Shown here: positions 1 to 7,416 of the stretch, piece after piece
How positions within the stretch are numbered: position 1 is the stretch's first letter
How the letters are laid out: each line of letters begins with the position of its first letter
Origin: a virus
Taxonomy: Duplodnaviria; Caudoviricetes
Strand: one strand, 5' to 3'
IMG/VR virus record: IMGVR_UViG_3300043103_000174
Location: 1 to 25,615 of that record
DNA length: 25,615 bases
Position numbers and translations under genes: made by a program
Notes under the pieces: generated by a model
The model's input: the letters and a program-made list of their open reading frames with translations, nothing else
What the model was told of the DNA's origin: nothing
The model's database searches: none

Positions 1-76
1 AGTCATTTACAAAATGCAAACAAGTTTTAAAAGAATTATAAAATAAATAAATATAAACCTAAAAACAAATACTACC

Positions 77-325
77 ATGAAAGAGGAAATCCTTAACAAC
101 GGCATCGAAGCCACAGAATCAAAACAAATCAACAAAGCAGCATTATATTTTGGTCTGCTTGTAGTTGTATCAATTACTGCTATCATTTCAATTGGAATGA
201 ATGTTAGAAACTCGATTATCAATTCAAATTTACAGTATCAAATCCAACAACGTGATAGTATCATTTATACTTGCAAAGGCGAAATTGATGAACTAACTTT
301 AAACGTTTACGAATTAAGCAAATAA
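77..325 (+). CDS. hypothetical single-pass membrane protein (82 aa)
   Basis: ORF with A-rich leader; hydrophobic stretch AALYFGLLVVVSITAIISIGM followed by a coiled-coil-like tail. Confidence 0.7.
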   Translation: MKEEILNNGIEATESKQINKAALYFGLLVVVSITAIISIGMNVRNSIINSNLQYQIQQRDSIIYTCKGEIDELTLNVYELSK

Positions 326-328
326 GCC

Positions 329-532
329 ATGCCAGTTAAAAGAATAGTAATCTCAGACAGTACAATCGGCTCAGTAGTTGAGAACGATAATCAACAAAAG
401 GCACAATATTTAAACGCCCTTAACGGCTTAATCAATTCAAGTGAATTTCAATTTTACACGCCGAGTAAAAAGGCTGCGGTAATAGGAGAACAAATTAACA
501 TTTATAAAGATATAAAACATGCAATTAAATAA
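329..532 (+). CDS. hypothetical phage protein (67 aa)
   Basis: Starts 3 nt after the upstream stop and overlaps the next ORF; no recognisable motif. Confidence 0.65.
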   Translation: MPVKRIVISDSTIGSVVENDNQQKAQYLNALNGLINSSEFQFYTPSKKAAVIGEQINIYKDIKHAIK

Positions 533-854
533 ACTAACAGAAACAGAATTAGACTTAATTATTCAAGGAATAGTTTTGCAATTTGACTACATCGAACCAA
601 TTGATGACGATTATAATTTAAAGGTAAGAGCTTACATTTTAAACAATAATATGATAAATGTAACTGCTAATTGGATTGTTGGCAATCATGAATATAATGA
701 TGACCAATACGCTTTTACAAGTGTTGAGTTTAAAGTTAATAAAGACGCTAATTTACGCAAGCTAACAAAGGAATTAAACGATGTGTTAAACGTTGTTATT
801 GCTAAGGCATACGATAACGAGATGCAAGACTTTGATTTTAAAGATGAATACTAA
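519..854 (+). CDS. hypothetical phage protein (111 aa, acidic C-terminus)
   Basis: ORF tightly packed in the + strand operon; A-rich start context. Confidence 0.7.
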   Translation: MQLNKLTETELDLIIQGIVLQFDYIEPIDDDYNLKVRAYILNNNMINVTANWIVGNHEYNDDQYAFTSVEFKVNKDANLRKLTKELNDVLNVVIAKAYDNEMQDFDFKDEY

Positions 855-875
855 CCCCTAAAAATAAATAAAACA

Positions 876-1202
876 ATGGAAATCAAAGGAACACTACACA
901 AAAAAGAAGATACTATTATTGTATCAGAAAAATTTAAAAAACGTGAATTTATTATTAAAACAGATAGCAAATACGCTGAGTATTTAAACTGTCAGTTAGT
1001 AAATGATAAATGTTTTTTGTTGGATAAAATAAATAACAACGATGAACTAACAATTCACGTTAATTTAAAAGGTCGTTTATGGACTAATAAATCAGGTGTT
1101 GAGGTTGCATTTAATACAATTGATGTTTGGAAAATTGATAACATTAATGCTTTGAATAATGATATTCAACCTGCAGCACCAGTTGATGATTTGCCTTTTT
1201 AA
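876..1202 (+). CDS. DUF3127-family single-stranded DNA-binding-like protein
   Basis: MEIKG...FKKREFII...INLKGR-W...FNTIDVWKI pattern typical of Bacteroidota DUF3127; acidic SSB-type C-terminal tail DDLPF; adjacent to ERF. Confidence 0.85.
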   Translation: MEIKGTLHKKEDTIIVSEKFKKREFIIKTDSKYAEYLNCQLVNDKCFLLDKINNNDELTIHVNLKGRLWTNKSGVEVAFNTIDVWKIDNINALNNDIQPAAPVDDLPF

Positions 1203-1232
1203 AATAAATTTTTTTAATCAAAAAAAAATAAA

Positions 1233-1240
1233 TATCTTTG
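1233..1240 (+). promoter_or_regulatory. Bacteroidota primary-sigma -7 box (TATCTTTG); predicted start site near 1245
   Basis: Exact TAnnTTTG match in the AT-rich intergenic region upstream of the leader/ERF; no clear -33 TTG at canonical spacing. Confidence 0.6.
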
Positions 1241-1244
1241 TAAA

Positions 1245-1335
1245 ATAAATACTACCACCAAATGAAAAAAATTAACATTAACCCTCAATTTGAAATGCCT
1301 GTGGTAGGGCTATCGAGTTGGGGGTTTCTTATTTA
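1245..1335 (+). ncRNA. putative structured leader / small RNA (long hairpin with GUGGUA loop, possible pseudoknot and attenuator)
   Basis: 1280-1293 pairs with 1313-1326 (11 Watson-Crick + 3 G-U); inner stem 1297-1300/1307-1310; loop region 1301-1307 GTGGTAG complementary to 1252-1258 CTACCAC; U-rich tail TCTTATTT. Confidence 0.6.
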
Positions 1336-1336
1336 A
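1262..1336 (+). CDS. putative 24-aa leader peptide MKKININPQFEMPVVGLSSWGFLI
   Basis: Manual translation: ATG at 1262, TAA at 1334-1336; spans the whole hairpin and stops 7 nt before the ERF ATG. Confidence 0.4.
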   Translation: MKKININPQFEMPVVGLSSWGFLI

Positions 1337-1343
1337 AAATACT

Positions 1344-1892
1344 ATGAAAAATTTATTAAAAGCATTAGCAGAATTTCAGCAAACAGTTCCTGTTATTCAC
1401 AAAGGTACACAAGGTTATGGCTACTCTTACGCAAATTTAGCCACTATCTTTGAAATTATTAATCCAATTTTAGAAGCGAATAAGTTAGGATTTACGCAAT
1501 TAGTTGGAGATAATAATATTAAAACAATTATATTTCACTATGAAAGTGGTGAGCAGTTAGAAACGATCACAACTATTCCACAAGGAACTAATTTAAAGGG
1601 AATGAATGACTTTCAGACATTAGGTAGTGCTATTACTTACATTCGCCGTTATGCTTTGTCAAGTGCCTTAGGATTGATTACTGATAAAGATACGGATGCA
1701 AGCGGTGAGCAAGCTAAAACAACTCCAAAAGTTGAGCAACCAACAATCGATATTGAAGGAGCAAAAGCCAAACTAATCGTTGTTAAGACACTTAATGAAT
1801 TAAAGCAAGTATATACCTCACTTAGTAAATTGGAGCAAGTAAATACAGAAATAGTAGATTTTACAAATAAACTTAAAGCAACTTTAAAATAA
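1344..1892 (+). CDS. erf: ERF-family ssDNA annealing protein (recombinase)
   Basis: YSYANL...GSAITYIRRYALSSALGL...DTDA signature of the ERF superfamily. Confidence 0.92.
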   Translation: MKNLLKALAEFQQTVPVIHKGTQGYGYSYANLATIFEIINPILEANKLGFTQLVGDNNIKTIIFHYESGEQLETITTIPQGTNLKGMNDFQTLGSAITYIRRYALSSALGLITDKDTDASGEQAKTTPKVEQPTIDIEGAKAKLIVVKTLNELKQVYTSLSKLEQVNTEIVDFTNKLKATLK

Positions 1893-2380
1893 TGAACATA
1901 TTTAAAATACAAGCAGAATACCAGCAAATAGTTACTGAACTAATTGAAAATGGTGGCGAGCTAACTCCTGAATTGGAGTTGGCATTGCAAATTACAAAAG
2001 ATAACTTTCACTCAAAGTCTGAAAGCTACGGTTATTGTATAAGAGAAATCAATTACAATAAAGAAATAATTGAAAAGGAAATTGAAAGGTTACAAAAATT
2101 AAATAGGTCTTGCAATAAAACAATTGATAGGTTAAAAGATAACATTGAACTTGCAATGAATACTTTTGAAGTGGATAAAATTGAAACGCCATTAATTAAA
2201 ATTTCATTTCGTAAAAGTGAATCAGTTGAAGTTGAAGATGTAAATGCTTTACCTAATGAATTTAAAGTAATTAAAGTTACTGAAGCTGCAGATAAATTTA
2301 AAATTAAAGATGCTATAAAAGCAGGTGTTAAAATTATTGGCTGCTACTTAAAAACTAATCGTAACCTTCAAATTAAGTAG
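1892..2380 (+). CDS. Siphovirus Gp157-family protein
   Basis: N-terminal coiled coil, KIETPLIKISFRKS...VEV...DKFKIKDAIKAG...G...NLQIK C-terminus; TAATG coupling to ERF. Confidence 0.85.
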   Translation: MNIFKIQAEYQQIVTELIENGGELTPELELALQITKDNFHSKSESYGYCIREINYNKEIIEKEIERLQKLNRSCNKTIDRLKDNIELAMNTFEVDKIETPLIKISFRKSESVEVEDVNALPNEFKVIKVTEAADKFKIKDAIKAGVKIIGCYLKTNRNLQIK

Positions 2381-2381
2381 T

Positions 2382-2579
2382 ATGGAATACATAATATTAG
2401 AACGTAACGGAAAGTTTTTTATAGGCTATATGAAAAGTAAACGCAATTGGTTTACATTTAAAAAATATAAAGAATTTGTATTTTTAGAAAGATTAGGAAG
2501 TCATATTCCTTTTGATACATTAGAGTATGCAAGAATAGCAATTGAAAGGTTATCTAAGCCTGATGTTTACCATTCTTAA
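2382..2579 (+). CDS. hypothetical phage protein (65 aa)
   Basis: Starts 1 nt after the Gp157 stop; last + strand gene, 3' end overlaps the convergent holin-like gene. Confidence 0.65.
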   Translation: MEYIILERNGKFFIGYMKSKRNWFTFKKYKEFVFLERLGSHIPFDTLEYARIAIERLSKPDVYHS

Positions 2580-2784
2580 ATTCAATAACATTCTGAACGG
2601 TAACAATACCTAAGCAAAGCAAACTGAAACTAAGCCATACCATTAGAGCATCTAATTGATGTTCTAATGGTATTTTAAAGATAGTTAAATAAATAGCAGT
2701 TAAAACGCCAACGAATGCAGAAAGTTTACGCCCTGAAAAGCCATTATTGTTATTCTTTAAACTATCAATTAAATTTTTTATCAT
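2554..2784 (-). CDS. putative holin (two transmembrane helices)
   Basis: SGRKL followed by two hydrophobic segments and a charged C-terminus; ATGA-coupled to the endolysin. Confidence 0.65.
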   Translation of the reverse strand: MIKNLIDSLKNNNNGFSGRKLSAFVGVLTAIYLTIFKIPLEHQLDALMVWLSFSLLCLGIVTVQNVIEFKNGKHQA

Positions 2785-3371
2785 AATGTTTTTAAAGTTT
2801 CAATTAGATTGAATTGTGGACTGCAATCATTTTTATCTGAACGATATGATACATGAGTATAAATACCATTAACACCTTTCAAAGCATTACCCGATATATC
2901 CCACATATCTGAATTATAACGCTTGTTAATTGCAAACTTAGCACATAACTCATTCAATAACTTTTTAAGGCTTAGAAGTTGTAAATCGTTGTATTTATGA
3001 TAATACTCAAAACCTCTAAACTTTTTTAATTGCACGACTTCGCTTTCAGGAACCTCCTTATTTACATAGTTAAAATACTTGTCCCCTTTCTTAATCAGTT
3101 GACCCCAATTACAAATTTCAATTCCAATACTACCTTTGTTAAGGCTCAAATTATTACCACTCTTTAAACCTAAATGGTAAGCCCAATACTCTGGCTCAAA
3201 GGCTTTTTTAATTACACCAGCACCATCAATTAAATAAGCAGTGCCTATACGTTCTACATTAAAGTTCCATCCATGTATTACGTTATCGGCATTAGAACCG
3301 CCTGCAGTATGATGAATAACAATTTGATTCTTAAATTGTTTTTCTTTAAAGTATTGGTCGTTATTTAGCAT
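2781..3371 (-). CDS. endolysin, N-acetylmuramoyl-L-alanine amidase (Amidase_2 type)
   Basis: IVIHHTAG, WAYHLG, SIGIEI and H-x-x-Y...DKNDCSP zinc-amidase motifs; no separate cell-wall-binding domain evident. Confidence 0.92.
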   Translation of the reverse strand: MLNNDQYFKEKQFKNQIVIHHTAGGSNADNVIHGWNFNVERIGTAYLIDGAGVIKKAFEPEYWAYHLGLKSGNNLSLNKGSIGIEICNWGQLIKKGDKYFNYVNKEVPESEVVQLKKFRGFEYYHKYNDLQLLSLKKLLNELCAKFAINKRYNSDMWDISGNALKGVNGIYTHVSYRSDKNDCSPQFNLIETLKTL

Positions 3372-3543
3372 CTTCTAAATGTTCTACTCTTTTTTCTAAG
3401 GCATCGTGTTTAACTGCAATTGAACGTATTTCAATCTTTATTTCATTTACTGATTTTGCAATTGACATCAAAGCGTTAACACCTAAAGCACCAACAAATC
3501 CAAGTATTCCTAAAAGTATTGTAATAATTTGAGTCCCCTCCAT
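3361..3543 (-). CDS. small membrane protein with coiled coil (holin/lysis accessory candidate)
   Basis: N-terminal TM (IITILLGILGFVGALGV) plus heptad tail ...LEKRVEHLE; immediately upstream of the endolysin. Confidence 0.6.
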   Translation of the reverse strand: MEGTQIITILLGILGFVGALGVNALMSIAKSVNEIKIEIRSIAVKHDALEKRVEHLEDAK

Positions 3544-3544
3544 T

Positions 3545-3730
3545 TTAAGTTGTTTTTACTAATGAAATTGATGTTTGAATTTTGTCGCCTTGAAATTGTC
3601 CGTTAACTACTAATTGACGAGAATGTTTTTTAAGCACTTCGTTAATTTCGTTTGAACAAATTTCGTCAACTCTTTTAATTTCTGCATCAATCAATTGTTG
3701 AGCCTTTTCTATTTCTGTTAAATTTTCCAT
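3545..3730 (-). CDS. hypothetical protein (61 aa; start reassigned to MENLTEIE)
   Basis: ORF-track start at 3766 overlaps the upstream gene and a promoter box; internal ATG at 3730 is more plausible; helical composition. Confidence 0.65.
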   Translation of the reverse strand: MENLTEIEKAQQLIDAEIKRVDEICSNEINEVLKKHSRQLVVNGQFQGDKIQTSISLVKTT

Positions 3731-3734
3731 GTTA

Positions 3735-3742
3735 CAAATATA
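3735..3742 (-). promoter_or_regulatory. Bacteroidota -7 box TATATTTG ahead of the lysis cassette
   Basis: Exact TAnnTTTG on the - strand in a short intergenic gap; last G is 5 nt before the ATG at 3730. Confidence 0.5.
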
Positions 3743-3746
3743 ATAA

Positions 3747-3956
3747 TTAGTTTTGAAAATCGGCATCCACTTCTAAAATAACTGCATCGGCAAATGTACC
3801 GTCTTGTTTTTCAAAAGTTAATTTGTTATCAGTAATAATTGGATTAATAATTATTTCACTTCGTTCTGCTAAGAAAGTAGTTAAGTCGTCTGTTAATTGT
3901 GAACATCCAATTTGCTCAGGGCAATTAGTTGTGTTGAAATAGATTAGTGTTTTCAT
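3747..3956 (-). CDS. hypothetical protein, possible fibre assembly/accessory protein (69 aa)
   Basis: Directly downstream of the fibre gene; A-rich start context. Confidence 0.65.
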   Translation of the reverse strand: MKTLIYFNTTNCPEQIGCSQLTDDLTTFLAERSEIIINPIITDNKLTFEKQDGTFADAVILEVDADFQN

Positions 3957-3965
3957 ATATTTTTA

Positions 3966-6146
3966 TTAAATTAAAGTTACTGTTTTACGAACGCCACCAA
4001 CTGTAAAATATAAGTTAGTTCCGTCAAATTCAAATGAGCCATTAACTGGCGTTGTTAAGTTAGTTCCCGCTATTAATTTTAAAGGTGCTATTGAAGTAGT
4101 GCCTGTTGCAAGTGTTAATGTATTTTGAAACCTACCTGTTCCTTGAACATCTAATCTAAAGCCAGCATCTGTAAACGTACTACTACCACTTGCTGCTAAT
4201 AAAACATTTGCTGATGGGCTAAATATAGTTAATGCTTCTGTTCCAGATGTATTTAAATTAGTATTATCAAATGAATTAACTATCGCTGAAAATCTTGACG
4301 CTAAATTCACCGTTGTTGATGCTTTATGTGCAAATCCTGAATATATCATCGATTGAGATGTTCCATTCCATAATGCTGCTTGCATTGGGAATGAATATGA
4401 ACTTTTTTGGGTGGCTGTTGAAAAAGCCGTTCCTATACGTTCCGTTATCGTTTGACCAGTAAAAAATATTTCCGTTCCCCTCATAAACAACTGACTTGTT
4501 GTACTTCCAAAATCCAATCTTCCTGAACAAAGTATTTCATTTACAAATGAAAAACTACTATTCTGTCCTATTGTTATAACACCACCAGCTGGATTATTGA
4601 CTCTTAATCCTATTGTTGAGCCTGTTATTTGAACTTGACCATTAAATTGTGCCGCAAAGTTATTGGTTATTGTACAATTAGTCCCAGCTACCGGTGCAGA
4701 AAATACATTACCATAAGCGTTGGTAATAGTTGAAGCACCAACAAATGAATAAGTAGTTGCACCCCAAACGTTTTCAGATTGAGTTGTAATGTTACCTGTT
4801 GCCCATTGACGTGTGCCACCGTTAACAACAAATCCATTTATTTGAGTGGATGCCGTTTGTGTAGTATTGTTTGGCTTTGTAAATCTAAAAGGTGTTATTG
4901 CACCACTTGTTTGAACGGCATTATTAAAATTAATAGTACCACTAACTCCATTAACAATTGGAGTTGTAATAGCAGTTGTAAAAGTTGGATTATCTATTGG
5001 AGCGTATGGTGTTAAGGCACTTGAAGTTATATAACCACTTGGATTAGTAGCATTGTAAGGAGTGAAACCTAAAGCCGTTGTAACATTTCCGCTGGTTATT
5101 CCTGTTATGTAACCACTCGGATTTGTACTGTTATAAGGTGTAAAGCCTAATGCAGTAGTTACCATTCCGCTCGTTATTCCGCTGATGTAATTAGATGGAT
5201 TAGTTGAATTATAAGGCGTAAATCCTAATGCAGAAATAACACTTTTATTTTTCCATAAACCTGTTGAACTTTCATAAGTTAATATTTCATTGTTACTCGG
5301 TAAGGTTGTTTTTAAATCTACGTCGTGAATTTCATTTAATTCAAAACCATTTTGAACCTTAACAAATATTTCTCCAACCGTTGCACTTACTCTTGTTACA
5401 ATACCAATGAATACTAAATGAGCTGGTGCGTATGGTTTACTTGCTAATCCGTAAATTAAAGCACCGTCAACACCTAACCAAACGGCATCTCCAATGGTTG
5501 CACTATTTGTATTTAAACCACTTAATAAGCCTTCTGTTATTACAAAGCCATTGCCGTTAATTGCTAAATTCTGAGCAATTAATCCTAATGTTTTTGAGCT
5601 TGTTGCTTCGCTTACATTTGATGCTTTGCTTACTAACATATTAGTTCCACTTGCACCGCTTACATAAACTGCTTGCCCTTTTGTTAATGCTACACTTGCT
5701 TTAACCGTATGTTTTAATACACTTGTATAGTTAGCGTAATTTTCAATCCATTCTAAGTTATAATCAGTATCGTCAACCTTTGCTAATATTTGTCCAGTAG
5801 TTCCACCAACGGGAACTACTTGAGTACTTAAATAAGTAGTTGAATCAACACTTCCATTTGCTTTTAAAAATTGTGATGCCGTCCCGCCACTTTTTACAAA
5901 TCCATTAGCAGTTATTGAATTAGTAGTTGTACTACCTAAGTCGGTTACATTTTGTAAAGTTTGGGTTTCTGAACTAATACCTAAAAAAGATAAAGCACTT
6001 AATGTAGATGTGCCATTACCTATTTTATAAGTCCCTGTTTGTTGTAAGTAAACAATTTGCCCTTCCTTTAATACTAATGTAGGATTAGCATTGAACCACG
6101 CTAAATTCTTATATCCTAATTCTAAACTACCGTTAACTATTGCCAT
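3966..6146 (-). CDS. virion fibre / receptor-binding structural protein (726 aa)
   Basis: N-terminal W..ANP.L..G.I......YKIGNG...L motif (Mtd-N/hyaluronidase-N-like); GGTTGQILAK...DY..EW motif; internal 26-aa repeats; Thr/Gly/Ser/Asn-rich beta-type C-terminal half. Confidence 0.8.
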   Translation of the reverse strand: MAIVNGSLELGYKNLAWFNANPTLVLKEGQIVYLQQTGTYKIGNGTSTLSALSFLGISSETQTLQNVTDLGSTTTNSITANGFVKSGGTASQFLKANGSVDSTTYLSTQVVPVGGTTGQILAKVDDTDYNLEWIENYANYTSVLKHTVKASVALTKGQAVYVSGASGTNMLVSKASNVSEATSSKTLGLIAQNLAINGNGFVITEGLLSGLNTNSATIGDAVWLGVDGALIYGLASKPYAPAHLVFIGIVTRVSATVGEIFVKVQNGFELNEIHDVDLKTTLPSNNEILTYESSTGLWKNKSVISALGFTPYNSTNPSNYISGITSGMVTTALGFTPYNSTNPSGYITGITSGNVTTALGFTPYNATNPSGYITSSALTPYAPIDNPTFTTAITTPIVNGVSGTINFNNAVQTSGAITPFRFTKPNNTTQTASTQINGFVVNGGTRQWATGNITTQSENVWGATTYSFVGASTITNAYGNVFSAPVAGTNCTITNNFAAQFNGQVQITGSTIGLRVNNPAGGVITIGQNSSFSFVNEILCSGRLDFGSTTSQLFMRGTEIFFTGQTITERIGTAFSTATQKSSYSFPMQAALWNGTSQSMIYSGFAHKASTTVNLASRFSAIVNSFDNTNLNTSGTEALTIFSPSANVLLAASGSSTFTDAGFRLDVQGTGRFQNTLTLATGTTSIAPLKLIAGTNLTTPVNGSFEFDGTNLYFTVGGVRKTVTLI
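5025..5231 (-). repeat. three tandem 78-nt (26-aa) repeats ALGFTPYN(S/A)TNPS(N/G)YI(S/T)GITSG.VTT in the fibre
   Basis: ALG codons start at 5231, 5153 and 5075 (exact 78-nt period); third copy partial; synonymous divergence between copies. Confidence 0.9.
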
Positions 6147-6147
6147 C

Positions 6148-6789
6148 TTATATTATATCGTCTGTTATTGTTGTTACGTTGCTTGTTATTGTGTCTTTTA
6201 TTCCAGATAATACAGTTACTATGTATTCTCCACTTGTGTTAAATGTTTGTATTACATTTCCGTCTTGGTCTTTAATTTCAACTATAAATGAGCCAACTAC
6301 CGAGCCACCAATATAAATGTAATTAGCATCAAAAATATTACCATTGTTAATTGGCAAGTTACATGAGTAGTTTCCAATATGCGACTTAATTGATAATTCA
6401 AAAAACCATCCCGTAACCATATCATCTCGGTCTTCTGTATAATCAGTTAACGTGGAATCTTTGGTTACTCTAAAATTTGGTACTTCGCCTAAGTCTTCAA
6501 TTTGTTCTAAGTAATTAATTAAATCAAAAGCTATTAATTCACAATCCGATAAAACATGCGTTTCATTACTCTCATCTAAATTAACTTTATCCGAAATATC
6601 AATAACAAATTTACGTTCAATAACACCGTTTGTGTTAATTGTATTTGTTAGAGAACACCAAAGTAAAGGATATTGAATTTCGCTTGATGCACCAACCTCC
6701 CACTTATCACCAAAATAGAAACTATTTAGGCTTTTGTGTTTCAAAGAAAAGTTTTTTAAAATCTCTATCGTTTGGTTTAATGTTAGCAT
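6148..6789 (-). CDS. putative tail terminator / tail-completion protein with C-terminal extension
   Basis: YPLLW...VLSD...D...GW pattern and position right after the head-tail adaptor; functional call is inferred. Confidence 0.55.
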   Translation of the reverse strand: MLTLNQTIEILKNFSLKHKSLNSFYFGDKWEVGASSEIQYPLLWCSLTNTINTNGVIERKFVIDISDKVNLDESNETHVLSDCELIAFDLINYLEQIEDLGEVPNFRVTKDSTLTDYTEDRDDMVTGWFFELSIKSHIGNYSCNLPINNGNIFDANYIYIGGSVVGSFIVEIKDQDGNVIQTFNTSGEYIVTVLSGIKDTITSNVTTITDDII

Positions 6790-6847
6790 ATTCTTTTTTT
6801 ATTTCTTTTAACTTTTCAATTATTTTATTCTCGTTTTTTTTGCTCAT
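6722..6847 (-). CDS. small basic protein (41 aa, MSKKNENKIIEKLKEIKKEYANIKPNDRDFKKLFFETQKPK), not in the ORF track
   Basis: Manual translation; ATG 3 nt after the adaptor stop fills the 6790-6849 gap; amphipathic helix. Confidence 0.5.
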   Translation of the reverse strand: MSKKNENKIIEKLKEIKKEYANIKPNDRDFKKLFFETQKPK

Positions 6848-6849
6848 AG

Positions 6850-7416
6850 TTATAAATATCCAAAATCATTAAGTTGGTCATTGTCGCTAATTTGCGATTT
6901 GCGAATCACGAAGTCATCATTTAAAAATATTCCTGTGCTTAAGTTAGTTCTACTTCTATACATACCCTCACTGTTATAAGTATTGTATAAAGGAAATAAA
7001 CCCTCGTTTTTTACTAAGTATTTTGTTAATAGTTCTGCGTATTCTTCAGCAACCGATCGCCATTCGTCCTTAACCGTTTTCATTTCACTTTCTGAAATAG
7101 GTTGTGAGTTTTCGCTATTCTTAACAACCACACCCTTATTAGAATAACGATACTTTAAAATAGTAGTAGCCTCCATTACAATATACCAATGTAACATCTT
7201 TTGAATGTACTTAGTAATTAAATTAGTTTCATTACTATTTAAAGTGCCAGCATTAATTTTAGATTGCAAGTCGTCAAACAATGGAGTACCTAATACTTGT
7301 TGAAGTTTCAAATCTTGTAACATGATAATTGATGGTTGCAAAAGCTCCCAATCAGTATTATCATTAATTAATGATTTGTCTTTTAAGTATTGTTGTGATA
7401 TAAATAGTGCGTCCAT
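6850..7416 (-). CDS. head-tail adaptor/connector protein (DUF6712-like)
   Basis: LFIS...I..N.D...L.P.I...QD...LGT.L...L pattern; TAATG-coupled to the portal. Confidence 0.7.
   Translation of the reverse strand: MDALFISQQYLKDKSLINDNTDWELLQPSIIMLQDLKLQQVLGTPLFDDLQSKINAGTLNSNETNLITKYIQKMLHWYIVMEATTILKYRYSNKGVVVKNSENSQPISESEMKTVKDEWRSVAEEYAELLTKYLVKNEGLFPLYNTYNSEGMYRSRTNLSTGIFLNDDFVIRKSQISDNDQLNDFGYL

Noticed and set aside
1-46. 3' end of an upstream + strand gene
   Set aside because: Two frames are open for 9-14 codons from the window edge and cannot be distinguished
2554-3956. Canonical spanin pair
   Set aside because: No convincing signal peptide with lipobox Cys in these ORFs; could be encoded outside the window
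5025-5231. CRISPR-like array
   Set aside because: Repeats are in-frame 78-nt coding units with synonymous changes and no unique spacers
3966-6146. Diversity-generating retroelement suggested by the Mtd-N-like domain
   Set aside because: No reverse transcriptase, no template/variable repeat pair differing at adenines, and no C-type lectin-like C-terminus seen in the window
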